A program made the translations under genes and the position numbers. This document shows, one piece after another, positions 12,504 to 24,339 of a DNA stretch of 64,000 bases (the first letter of the stretch is position 1; each line of letters starts with the position of its first letter). This stretch comes from Vicugna vicugna (lineage: Eukaryota): contig MU057724.1 of NCBI GenBank assembly GCA_013265495.1, positions 1,379,102 through 1,443,101 on the forward strand, read 5' to 3'. Below the pieces are notes generated by a model. The model saw only the letters and a list, made by a program, of their open reading frames with translations. It made no database searches and was not told the origin of the DNA.

Positions 12504-12566
12504 TTACGAATAGTAATTAGTGATTTATGAATAGTAATTAGTGATTTACGAATAGTCATTAGTAAC
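12504..12566. repeat. Tandem repeat, 3 x 21 bp (TTAYGAATAGTAATTAGTGAT)
   Basis: Units at 12504-12524, 12525-12545 and 12546-12566, with few mismatches. Confidence 0.95.
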
Positions 12567-14649
12567 ATATTGGGAGTATTATGAGAACCTAGCCTATTAT
12601 ACAAATTTACATCCAAAAGTGGCAATAAATGAATTTAGTATTCAAATGAGACTATTTTATAGGAGAAAAAGTAATTTTAATTATGTAATATATTCAATGT
12701 TTAAGCATATTCAGGCAGTAAATCTCTGAACCCAGGGAGAAAAACATTCTGCTAAGGAATTTCTTCTGAAGAAACAAATCGAACAATCGTGCCTTTGTAA
12801 TTTTATAAAAAATATTAAAATTTTAAAGAGGACATTTATAGTCAAAATTCTTATGCTCCTTCTCTTCCAGGAATAGAATGGGATTAATCACTATGCATAT
12901 TAAAGTAAAAAATGTCTACTTTTGTGGAGTCTGGTGACTGGTTTGAAAGGTGCCACCTATAGACTTCCACTGAGAAAAAGGCATTTTAGTTATTCTTTAC
13001 AAAACGCCTTTAAACAGACTGACATGTGCTGTATCCTAGCAACAAAGGCCAGAGCAGTGCATTTAACCAGACGGAAGGAAGCAATTTTTTTCTGTCATCT
13101 TCCAGTAATGGCTGATACAGGGCAGAGGAGATTATTACAACTGTCATATAATGTTCTTTTGAGAAATGTTAAAATAGATTACATTTATTTTCACATAAAA
13201 TGTGAGTTTTGAGACTATAGTGAACAGGGTTGTTTTAATTATATCTCATTATGCTTATCTGTTCTCGTCTCTTAATCCCCAGTTATTAGTAATTCACATA
13301 GCAGCAGGACATGTTTTAGCAACTTTAATTCAGCCGACTACTTAAATTACCCTCATTTGAGTTACGTAAAATTTAAGTGCTGAGACATCATTTACCTTCT
13401 TAACCCACGACATTCTTGAACAAACGCAACTATGGGAACAGGAAGTGAATTGATTTCAGAATGCATTACAATTAGAGGACAAGGAATAAGTAAAATGTTA
13501 AAATATGTTATGTTAAAATATGCTATTTTTACACATTATACTTAGAGAATGCAAGAACTGCACAGAAGCATAAAGACCACATCACAAAATATTCTTGGCT
13601 CATGGACCAGAGACCTAACCCATGTAGATGGGAAGTCAGCTGTCTGGTAAGTGAACTGAAATACCGCACACTGAGTAACAGGGGAGGGGCGGATAGGGAT
13701 ATTTTTCTTTAAGGAAATGCTAATTTCATTATTAGACACTGAGATTAGATTACCAGAGGTGGACATGCCCCACAGACGATTATAAAAACAGCAGTGGAGT
13801 TTTGAAAACACCAGGGTGTTTTCACATGCTCAGAGATCAAGGTCACGATTAAGGTCTCAAGAGGGGACATAATCAGGTAATAGAGCACAGAGGGGATGTG
13901 CCTGGAGACCAGCCTAGAAGTCCCGAGTCTGACTGCCAGGAGAGCCGGTGTCAGCAGGAAAGCATGTCCAGAGAAGCCAGCAAAACTTTCACAAGGGCTG
14001 GGTGTTTGCCCAGGGCCTCGCGGCATTCGCGTAAAGTGACAGAGGAGAGCTTCCAATGATGGACGTTCGGAAATCACTGACTTACCTTCAGGGCGGGGTT
14101 TCAACAGCACAGAGGTTAAGCGTTGATGTTAAGCATGTAAACTTTTGCTTTAAGTGATTTCAACTGTTTTTAGAGTCTCATAGAGATCGTTCATAGTATT
14201 AATTGTTTAAGTGGCTTAAAGAAAAACATAACCAGAAACAGTGCAGAAGTAACAGGCTGAAAGCAGGACTCAGGCATCCCATGCTCGCCTTCACGCCCGT
14301 GAGGAGGCCGAGGCAGTGGGGATTCCAGCATCTGAGGGGAGGAGAGTGGAAAGGCGAGGAGCAGGGACAGGACAGCCAGCTGGGCGCTGAGGCTGCTGCC
14401 CGAGCTCCGAGTGATTGCCTCCCAGCGCTCAGGGGGGTTCTGGAGGCTGGTCCCTCTTCCCCAGCCGGAGAGGAGGCGGATCTGCAAAGGCAGCCGCTGG
14501 TGCTGTGCTGTTACTCCGGGAGGTCAGGGGACTGCTGACCCGGGAGAGGCTGGGGACAAGCCGGGGGACACAGAGAGAAAGGAATTGATTTCAAGATAAG
14601 ACAGGAGACTCAACTTCTAAAACACACACTGAATGTTTGAAAAAAAAAG

Positions 14650-15105
14650 TCGCTATGCAGCCTTATGTCACCAGAGGCAAAATATGGAAAGAACCCAAGC
14701 GTCCCTCAAGGGACGACTGGGTGAAGATGACGTGGTGCAGTGCATCCAGCCTCGAGAGAGATGGGCCCGCCGCATGGGACAGCACGGATGGGCCCAGGAC
14801 GTGGTGCCCAGAGAGAGAAGCCAGACAGAGAAAGACACACACGGTACGGTATTATTTATATTTGGAATCTGGGGGAAAATACCTCAGAGACTTAGAAACA
14901 GACTAGAAAGATGGTCGCCATGGCTCGGGGGGTGATGGTGGGAGAAACAGGAAGAGGTAGGTAAGATGTACAGACTTCCAGGTGCAAGATGAATAGGTCT
15001 GAGGGTCTAACCTTCAACACGTGGCTCTGACTGATAGCACCACATTGTAAAACCGAAATCTGCTGAGAAAGGGGGCTGAAATGTTCTCAGCAAAAACAAA
15101 CAAGC
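14650..15105 (+). mobile_element. L1 3' region (L1MA-like), GC-shifted
   Basis: gcaaaatatggaaagaacccaagcgtccctcaagggacgactggg...agaagccagacagagaaagacacacacggtacgg...tacagacttccaggtgcaagatgaataggtctgagggtctaa. Confidence 0.75.
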
Positions 15106-15210
15106 ACAACCTCAGTGTCCACGACAGAGGACTGGATGAAGAAGCTGTGGTGTATGTATCCAATGGAATATTACTCAGCCATAAAAAAGAATAAAATAAT
15201 GCCATTTACG
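15106..15210 (+). mobile_element. Short L1 ORF2 C-terminal fragment
   Basis: ggactggatgaagaagctgtggtgtatgtatccaatggaatattactcagccataaaaaagaataaaataatgccattt, closely similar to 6273-6339. Confidence 0.85.
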
Positions 15211-17069
15211 GTAGGTTATTACTTTTCTTTCTAGAAAAAGGTTTAGACTGTATCTGTGGCACCAAGAACAGGGCCTGTTGTGTGGCAGGAACACAGCACA
15301 AAATCTGTGGAAAGTGCAAACTACAGTGAAAATGAATTTGTTTCTATAATTTAATAGGGCTTGTGAATAGCTGAGACATAAATTTAATTAAAACATTTTT
15401 AAACTACATGAAATATGGAGTTTATGTTTCTAAGGTCTTTACTTGGAGCTTTTTATAGATTTTCCACCATAAACTTTCAAAACCCTTGGCAGCGTGCCCG
15501 CACAGACTGCTAACGCTTGTCAATTCTAATGCACGTTTCAGGTCAAGGCGTCAGGCAGCGTCTGATTCCGTTTCTTCCTAATAATTCCCAACAGGTGCTG
15601 TGACACGGTGCACAGCACACGTGCTCCTGCCACCAAGACAGCACCGCCAGCTGGGACTGAAGCTCATTTCCATTACGGCGGGTATTTAACACACAGTGTG
15701 GCATTTACCAAAAAGGCAGAGTTTAGTTCTCAGAAGCATGACTATGAATTCCAAATTCATATGTTTTTTGACACTTCTGTGCCTTCTTTTTACCTCAGCA
15801 CTGCTCTCGGTTTCCTGTGACGTGCCGCAGTGTCTGCGCGAGCCGTCACACACATGAGCTGCTCTCTCTCGTGTTGATCACGGGTTATGCAATAGCTCCT
15901 TCTAAAGCTTCTGATTAAAAATCCCCGTAAAATACACTATATATTAATAGCCCTTCAGGATGAGTCTGTGTTGTTCTGGGAGCTGGAGCTCCGAGGGCAA
16001 ACGAGACAGCAAGGCAGTCGTAGGCTGGTGTGAGTGTTCGTCTTCCTGGGTCATTCTTTGCTCTTTCCAGTTACGGCTGCCCTCATACACGGCAATGCCT
16101 GGTCAGGGGACTTTTTTTTCATGTTTTACTTAGTGATTTAAGTCAGTTTAGACATTTTCCTTTTTATAACCCCTTTTAAAAGAAATCTCATTATTTTTCA
16201 AACTGAAACTATAATGAGAGCGTCTAGGGAATGTCTTCATTCTTGGTCTCCTCGCGGCAGCACAGGACTCCCCTCATTAGAGTATCCTGTGTGGTTTGGA
16301 CACTTATAATTCCTTATCCTCCGGTGGCAGATACCAGGTTCGCTTCTGAAAGGCACTGTGCATTCTTTCTATCGTATAAATTTTCAGTCCCTAACACACA
16401 TCTGAGTGCCATATATTCTAGGCACCAAGCAAACTCCCATTCACTGATTTTAAGTTCTTTTGAGCCAACTGAAATAATGCTATCCTATGGTCATAGTGAA
16501 ATAAGACAGGAATCTTCACAGGTATTTCAAATACGGGCCAAGAAAAGCAATGCAATCGTGCCTTTGTTATACCATAGCTCTTTATGCCACAGATTTAGAG
16601 GTTCTGATCTCTCAAAATTATGTACCATTTAAGTGATGTCTTACCACAGGCTGTGAAGGCAGCCTCCTGATGTCAGCATTCCAAGGGGCTCCCAGCACTT
16701 AGGTGGCGTATCCTGGCGGGCACGTTAAAAGGCAAATTTTCCATTGCACCATATACCAGAAACTGACACACAGTAATTGACTGTACTTCAATAAAAAATG
16801 CAAATTTTCATCAGAATTGCTGCTAGAAAAAGAGATAAAGAAAAGATGAAAGATCTCTGCAACATTAAGTTTCCTGCACACCAAAGCCCGAGATTCTCCC
16901 ACAGCCCTTCACTGAATGGGCTGTAGCAAGCCCACGTGACGGGCCATCTGACTTTGGCGAGAAGTGGGTCGTCCCGTGGGAGGACCTGCTAGGCACCCAG
17001 AAGGAGTGGCTGCGGGAAAGACTGGACACAGCTCCTCATCCCGTAGGTACCGGTGAAAGTAGCTCCATG

Positions 17070-17300
17070 GTTTGTTCCATTTACAGATGAATACAGTTCG
17101 GTGTCACTTGTGTTTCAGGCTCAGAGATGAAAATATGACAGATTCTAGCTCCCATGAAGTTCACAGTCTACTTGGGGACACAGAATGGAAAACAAAGGAG
17201 ACTGCACAGGGCTATAAACAAGGCATTTACAAGGTAATACAGAAAAGTTATAGAAAAGTTGGCCGTCCTTGCCTGGGGCTAAGAAGAGACAGAAGCCATG
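17070..17300 (-). mobile_element. L2 3' end fragment
   Basis: gacagattctagctcccatgaagttcacagtctacttggggacacag matches the antisense L2 terminus. Confidence 0.55.
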
Positions 17301-17589
17301 TAAAACACTGCATCAAAGAGGAAGCGTGCTGCGGCCACGTCGACACGAAAGTTCGGGGCGGTGTTCTGTGCAGCGGCCTCCAGTCTTGCAGAGGGACGAG
17401 CACAAAGTCAGGACACCTGTGCTTGCTTCTCCGTCTTTACAAAAACCTGCTTTGAGAATTTCCCCGAGTCACTTTTTCTAGGATTCACCTGCGCCGTGTA
17501 ACACTGTGTGACAGACGTCATGGCTTCCAGGAACCATGCTCCCAGGTCAGGAGGTGACCAAGTGGTGGAGTCACAGACTCGGAGGAAGG

Positions 17590-17720
17590 ATCCAGGGCTG
17601 AAATTCTGCATCAGCTGATTTACTAGCTCATCACAGGGGACGAGTCCACGTAGCTAAGCTCCCAGGTTCAGACGTCCGACTGTGAACAGTAACACCGATG
17701 TTGTCAGGTCGCCTAACTCA
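17590..17720 (+). mobile_element. MIR SINE fragment
   Basis: gggctgaaattctgcatcagctgatttactagctc resembles the MIR core. Confidence 0.35.
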
Positions 17721-19194
17721 AAGAGAGCAAATATGCTTCAAAGATCTTTTGAAAATTCGTCTGGGGCTCAATTCAAGTGTACTGACCGTCCGTCCATCAG
17801 TCCATTTACCCTTTGGTGTCACCAGTGGTCCCTGTCGCACAGTTGTCTCCATCACCTGAACCAATGGACATGCTCGTGTTTCCCGGTGACATGACTCACT
17901 TCATGAAGTGTCAAGGCCCATCGCATCCCTTTAGAAAAGCAATATAGAAATAGCAAGACCAGTAATCTGCCTCTGGTCCAAAAGCAGTCATAACAATCGC
18001 CACTACGTTAAAGACGCAATAAAAAGTATCCAAGTAAAGACTTGTTAATGTGGCATTTAAACCAAATCAAACGCAAAAATTTGTAGTGAACAATGGAATA
18101 CACTGATGGGACTTCGTTTCAAATTACCTAATCATCAATAAAACAGCTTCATCTGAATATGAACCTTGAATAAGCGTGTAGTTTTGTACGAGAGCTAAGA
18201 ACTAAGTGACATTATTTCCTAAGACTTGTTAATGGTATGGAGTTAAAAAGAAGAAAAAGAGACCTGTGCTTGGAGGCACAGGGCATCCTGTGGTAGAATG
18301 AACTGTAACTAGCGGCGTGGCTCACCTTTATCACGCTTGCATCTGTGTTCTCACCTCATCAGCTGCATCTTATAAACAATAAATACCGTGTCTCCCTAAT
18401 CTCAGTGACACGGCTTGCACGCAAAGCTCATGAGGAAAATGTGAACACAAAGTGTCATTAAGCATGAGAAAATGACTCAGAGAAATTCAGGAAGGAAATT
18501 AACATTCCAGACCCAGACTGAAACTGTATTTGCTCTCCGTGGAATGCACAGCCGCATTATTTTGCCAAGCTTCTTCATACTCTCACCGTTACTGTTTAAA
18601 AGGCAACTAAGTTTCTTACAAAATGCTCTCTATTAAACAAAAATGTATACTGAGAATTAAGTTCCTCTTAGGAAAAAAATATCATAAATGATAAATGTTT
18701 ATTTGCAAGTCAGAAAAGTAAAATATTTGGAAAGTCTATTATATTCATAATCCTCTGCACAAAGTCTATCTATCTTTAAAATATATATAACCCTCAGAAA
18801 TGAGAACCCCTGTGTAAACAATATCTGTGTTTTAGCCATTTTGACTGAGAGGAATTCTTCTAGCTCACATAAAATTCTCTTCCTATGTTTTAAGCTGTCA
18901 AAGCTATAATTTATGACACTGCTTTAGGAAGCAATCTCTGTTGGTAGCATTTGTTAGAAAACAAAGCAAAGCAAACACTTGCGTTTATATCTTATAGCAA
19001 AAGAGAGGATGGGGAGAAATTCGGTGTGGTTGTGAGCAAATTTTTTAGCAGCTTCCTTTGATCAGCGGACCACAGAAGAGGCTGGCTGAGTGGCAGGGCC
19101 CGGAGCCGCCCGGCCGAGGTGGGAACCTCACGGGTCATCTGGCTGGAACGGCGGCGGGAGGAGTGCGGGGATGGGGGGTGCGTCACGATAATCA

Positions 19195-19395
19195 GACAGG
19201 AGTGAGGATAGCGGTCATTCTGGACCAAGGTGGTAGCGAATCCTCCATTCCTTCACATAAATCCTAGATAATTTGTCAACCATGGATTTTTGCGTAAGTT
19301 TTCATTTTAAAAAATAGTGCTCTAAAATATTATTTACCTTGATAATTGAGTTTTTTCCTTTAAATTTTGTGCCCGAGTGGTGAAACCCATAACAG
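19195..19395. mobile_element. hAT MITE (MER96B-like)
   Basis: catggatttttgcgtaagttttcattttaaaaaatagtgctctaaaatattatttaccttgataattgagttttttcctttaaattttgtgcccgag matches my recall of the MER96B body. Confidence 0.6.
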
Positions 19396-19439
19396 GATAA
19401 ATGTGAGCATGCCCTTTCTGCAGACCTGCAGGGCCTGAT

Positions 19440-19990
19440 AAAATTAGAAAATTTCAGGCAGTTGTACCTTTAAATACATTCTTCTGTCTCTCTTTCAGAG
19501 ACTCCAGTTACACGTATGTTCTGTTGGTTGAAATTGTGCCTCACCTCAAGGATTCTTTGTTAGGTTTCTTTATTTTTTTCCTCCATGTTTCAGTTTGATA
19601 ATTTTTATTGCTCTGTCTTTAAATTCACTAATTTCACCTTCCGCATATCGAACCTGCTGTTTATCTATCTGGAAACATTGTCGTTTCAGCTTTAGAAATA
19701 TGATGTGGGTCTTTTTTATGAATTCCATGGCTCTACTTAAAATTGTTAACACACACAGTAGAGTCATAGTAACCAATTCAACGCTGTCTGCTAGTCGCTG
19801 CCAATTCTGGGTAAGTTGTGATGTTCTTCCTCTTTATTATGGGACATATTTTGCTTTTTTGTCTCTGAATTACTGATAAAATTCTAGATATTGAGAATCT
19901 TGTCTCATGGGGTGTTCAATATTTTATTACTCTTAGCAATATTTTTTAATTTTATTCAAGATGCATTTAAATTATTTGGAATTAGTTTAA
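19440..19990 (-). mobile_element. Ancient L1 ORF1 coiled-coil remnant
   Basis: Minus-strand ORF 19570..19776 contains AEGEISEFKDRAIKIIK, similar to L1 ORF1p AEE.ISELED...EIIQ. Confidence 0.65.
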
Positions 19991-21739
19991 GCTTTTTTTA
20001 GTAGAGTTTTTTTTCCTTATTGATAAACTTAAGACTTGGGTACATCAAATAAAGCCACTTTCTAGGGGAAAAAATCAAAACCCACAATAGAATTTAATAA
20101 GTTAAGAAGTTAACACTGTCTGGGTAATAGAAAAATCCAGAAAATATACTCTTGTAGTTGAAAAATTCTAAGCACTTCATAGTGGGCCTTTTAAAAATGA
20201 CCTAATAAATTTAGCAATGCCTATTTATCAACCTACCTTTTAAACAATTTCCTTTTTTCCTGTTCTGTGAAAGCAGTGACTCAAAAGACCTGACAGAGGC
20301 TCAACGGCACCTTATCTGGGTGGGGGCGGGGGCGGTCCTCCTGGAGGCCCGGGGCTCCTGTCAGTGCCTCGTGTTCTGCACAAAGGCCTCTGCTGCCGTC
20401 TCACTGTGCGGGCGAGAAGGGGCGAGAAGGGCAGGGAGCACGCGCTGCCCTGGTTCATCGGCCCGTGCGGCCCAGGCGCACTTATTCTGAGACCGGCCCC
20501 CGCGCCTAGTGTCCCGGGACTGCCCGCTCGGAACCACTGCGAGGCCTGCAGCGTCTCTTTGGTTACATGAGCTGTGGTACGCTCTTTTCCTCAGGCAATG
20601 TAATCCATTTCTAAACAACAACAAAAAGCGTTTAATCTTTTCTCCTGGTAGCACCTTCTCTTGTTGCCCAGTTCTATTACTATGGTAGGTAATTTCCTTC
20701 AAATACACACACATGCACACACATCATTTTTAAAAATTTGAGGTGGAAACGGCTCTGTCTGTATATTAAATTGATGTCTGAGAATGCATCCACATACAAC
20801 AAAACACATCCCTTGTATTGCTGTGTGTACGTGTGTGTGCTGATGTCCACATATATTTGTTTGTAACAATATAAACTGTAGCTAGAATTATACCTGTATC
20901 CTTTTAGCTAGACAGACTCGCCTGCGGTGTGCTGTTATGTAGGTCAATGCTAAACACGAGGATATATATGTCAAGGAAAAGAATCTACTTAGGCTGTATT
21001 TACAGAGTGCACATGATCACTTAAAGGAGAAAAGTTACCGAATTAAATATTTGCTGATAAATCCAAAAGTCAAATCAATTTATTTGTATTCTGAATGATA
21101 ATTTGATTGAACTAACAAGTGTTTTGATGCTTTTTGTACAGAAAACAGAAACAGTTTTTCTTTGCTTTGAAAACTCTAAACTAGAAATTCAGTGGAAGTC
21201 CCCTTATCACTCATCAATCATTTTTTTCTTTATGTATTGATATGAAGTAGCACACACACATTGAATACATTATTAAAAAGAAATACTTGAAATCACGCAA
21301 ATTTGTTCCAGTCCTCTTGGAAAGTCTGTGACACGTTTTATCGTGTTCTTTGCTTATGGTTTCTGAATGTCTCTTTGGACGTGGTTTTGTGCACTTTCAC
21401 ACGCCGTGATACCGTTTTATTATCATCTGAGGCCTTCACACAGCTAGCATTGTCAGCAATATCACAGTATTCTGCCGACTAGATGTGCCCCGTCTGTGTA
21501 CTGGGCACTCGCCTCCGTATTTTGTAATGACAGAAAGTGAAGTGACTTCATGCTTTTGGGTCCCCTGTTCTCATGTCTGAACTCGCTCTGCTGCTTGTCC
21601 AGCTCTGCAACTGGGGTTACCCTGGTGAAAGGACGGGATTTTCAGTTCACACGGGGAGACGGATAACTTGCAACAGAGAAAATCATGAGTCATTGGGGCT
21701 GAAGACTGAGCAGGGGTTTGTCAGGTGAGGAGGAGAAGG

Positions 21740-22295
21740 AAGGTGGAGGCGAAAAGCCACGGCGACGGTTCAGGCGGCAAGAAGAGCAGGTGGGACTCGA
21801 CGCCTCGGAGGCGGCCGTCAGGCCGGGGAAAGAACCGTACAGGCGTGTTCCTAGTGAAAGATGCCCCCTGGAAAGGCTGCACCCTGTGCGCGTCCACCTG
21901 GGTGACGTCTGGAAACGGGAACACTGCGGAGACGGCGACGCGGCCGGCGGCGGCCGCGTGGAGGAGCAGCTGAGGTGAGTGAGCACAGGGCTGAGGCTTC
22001 GGGGGCCATGAAGACTCTGTGTGATGGTGAACGACGGACACAGGCCACCGCACATCTCTCCGGACCCACAGAACGTACAGCGCCGAGTGAGCCCTCGTGT
22101 CCTTGGGGTGTGGGCTTTGGGTGACAATGATGTGTCACTGGGGGTTCACCCTTGGGAAGAAGTGTCCCATCCTGGGGCGTGACGTTGGTAACGGGTGAAC
22201 AGGGACCGGGGTTTGTGGAACCCCCTGTGCCTTCCTCTCAGTTTTATGATAAACCTAATGCTGTTTCTAGAAAATAAAGTCTTTTTTTAAAAAGC
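21740..22295 (+). mobile_element. L1MC1-like 3' end, strongly GC-shifted
   Basis: acccacagaacgtacagcgccgagtgagccctc...gggctttgggtgacaatgatgtgtca...cttcctctcagttttatgataaacctaatgctgtttctagaaaataaagtc; poly(A) signal and A-rich end. Confidence 0.85.
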
Positions 22296-22804
22296 AGCTC
22301 TGAAAGCAGGTCCAGAGGCAGGATGGAGTTTACACGGAGCCGGACGCAGACGTAGCGCAGCTGTCACTTGTGCGAGGGGCTCGGGGGGGACCTCCGAGGA
22401 CAGACAGATGGGTCAGGTCAAAGTCATCGTAAAGAAAGTTGAGATCATTCAGGGTAAATTTTTCAGAATTGAATTATTGTCAAAAGTAGTGAGTATTCTT
22501 TTTTTCTAAATAGCCATATATATGGGAATTAAATGTACTCATTTCAAAAATGCAAATCAGTTATGTAAATATCAGTTTATTTAATGCCCTTTTAATTCTC
22601 AACAAGTGATGCTTCCTGTGTTATACATAATGAAAAGTAATGAACTTGGAATCCATTTACTCTGTTCCATTTTGTTTTTATGCTCGTGGCAGACCACACT
22701 GAGCTCTCCATTTGACAAATATTCATGTGATAGTAACTCTAGCAGCATTTTCTCTGGCCAATTATGTTTTCATCACACAAATGCTAATTACTCAATAATT
22801 TTCC

Positions 22805-23525
22805 TTGGGAAATATATTTTTAAACCCACAATGTGACAGGCATTGTGTTAGCTGAAAACTCTGTTTCCTTCCCTCCTGGGATGTGCAGCTGGTGGCACAG
22901 AATGACATTAATAAAGGAGTCACTCAGATAAACACGGCTACACACTTCAAGGTAAGTATCAAACAGGAATACAAAGTGCGTGGGCACGTCCCAAGGAGGA
23001 CAGCGCAGGATCCTTCCATGAGGACGTGGCGGTGAGCTCACGAAGGAAGGAAGGACGGGGTTAGAGGAGAAAGCAGGGGAAAGGCAGCAGGAGGGCACAG
23101 CAAGTGCAGAGGCCTGAGGAGGGACGGGGATGGTCCGTTCGTGTGGCTGATGGAAGGGAGAACGTGGATGGCGAAGCAAAGCCCCGCCGCCCACACCGGC
23201 TGGAGATTATCCCCAAAGCCGAGCCCAGACAGATCCTCGAAGAGGCGGTGGCGGTTAGGTGCTGTATAAGGGAATGAGTGACATACTTAGGTATGCATTT
23301 GAAAAATAAAATCCTTCCAGTTGCAGTGAGGGAGGGCGAGGGGGTGAGCCTTGCTGTAAGGAGGTCGGTTTGGAAGATGCTGCAGAGGCACCTGGGAGAT
23401 GCTAGGGTGGTGCCAGGGAAGAAGAGAGATGCACTTGAAACAGAAGAATTTAGGATGAAAAGTCAAGTGGAGTCGGTGTTCGCGGTTAGAAGAGGATGCG
23501 TGCGTGGAGACAGAGGGAGAGAGAT
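22805..23525 (-). mobile_element. L2 LINE 3' region
   Basis: aaatatatttttaaacccacaatgtgacaggcattgtgttag...gagggcacagcaagtgcagaggcctgagg... typical antisense L2a/b. Confidence 0.7.
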
Positions 23526-24339
23526 CTTTTTCAGACCTTTCTGATCATTCTGATGTCCTCTTGTTTGATGATTTTTGTGCTTTTGTGCTGTGACCTTTCA
23601 TTTTATAAGCATTTGTATTTTATGTGATAAATAACATCTAATGTGATCTACTATCTACCTATATATTACATAGATACATGTCTAATGAGGAATATCCAAG
23701 TAGGCAGACAGCCAAAGTGCTTGAGACTGTGAAGCTGTCGGGGCGAGACTTCTCTCGTGATTCCTGCCTCCCTGCGGCTCACCTCCGACCCTGGCTTTGC
23801 CTGTGTGTTATCTGTGCTCAGTCTGAGTTTGCCTCTGTCCAGAGGGCTTAAGTTCTCCAAGCTTTCTTCTGGAAAGCGGGGCAACTACCAAAACTGGATC
23901 AATTCAGTGCCCCTCAAGATTCCTAAACTTCACACCCCAGACTCCCTTCCCTCTAATGTGTCAGGTCTGTGGGGGGGTCCTGGCTGTGAGCCCCCCTCCT
24001 GGGGTGCACCTCCCCACGGCCCTTCCCACGCTCTGTGGTCACCTGTCGCCGACCTGTTACCAGGGAACCATCGTGGAGGAGACGCGCAGACGAGCTGGTC
24101 CATCTCTTCTCCCTCGGTCAGGACCTTTCTTTATCTCCATGTAAGAAGGCCCGCGGTCTGGCACCAGCACCCGCTGAACTTCAGGTGCATGAGTTTTTAA
24201 GCTGCTTAAAGTATCTGCAATGATTAGTATTTCATTATTTTAGTCTTACTTGGATATCATCCAGAAGCCAAAAATAAAATTTACTAAGTTTAAATAGAAA
24301 AAAATTGTATTTTGTAATTTTAATATTGAATCACTGGTT

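Noticed and set aside
12504..12566. Short direct repeats (also 47181-47299) as a possible CRISPR array
   Set aside because: Head-to-tail units with no unique spacers, no cas genes, and a mammalian context.
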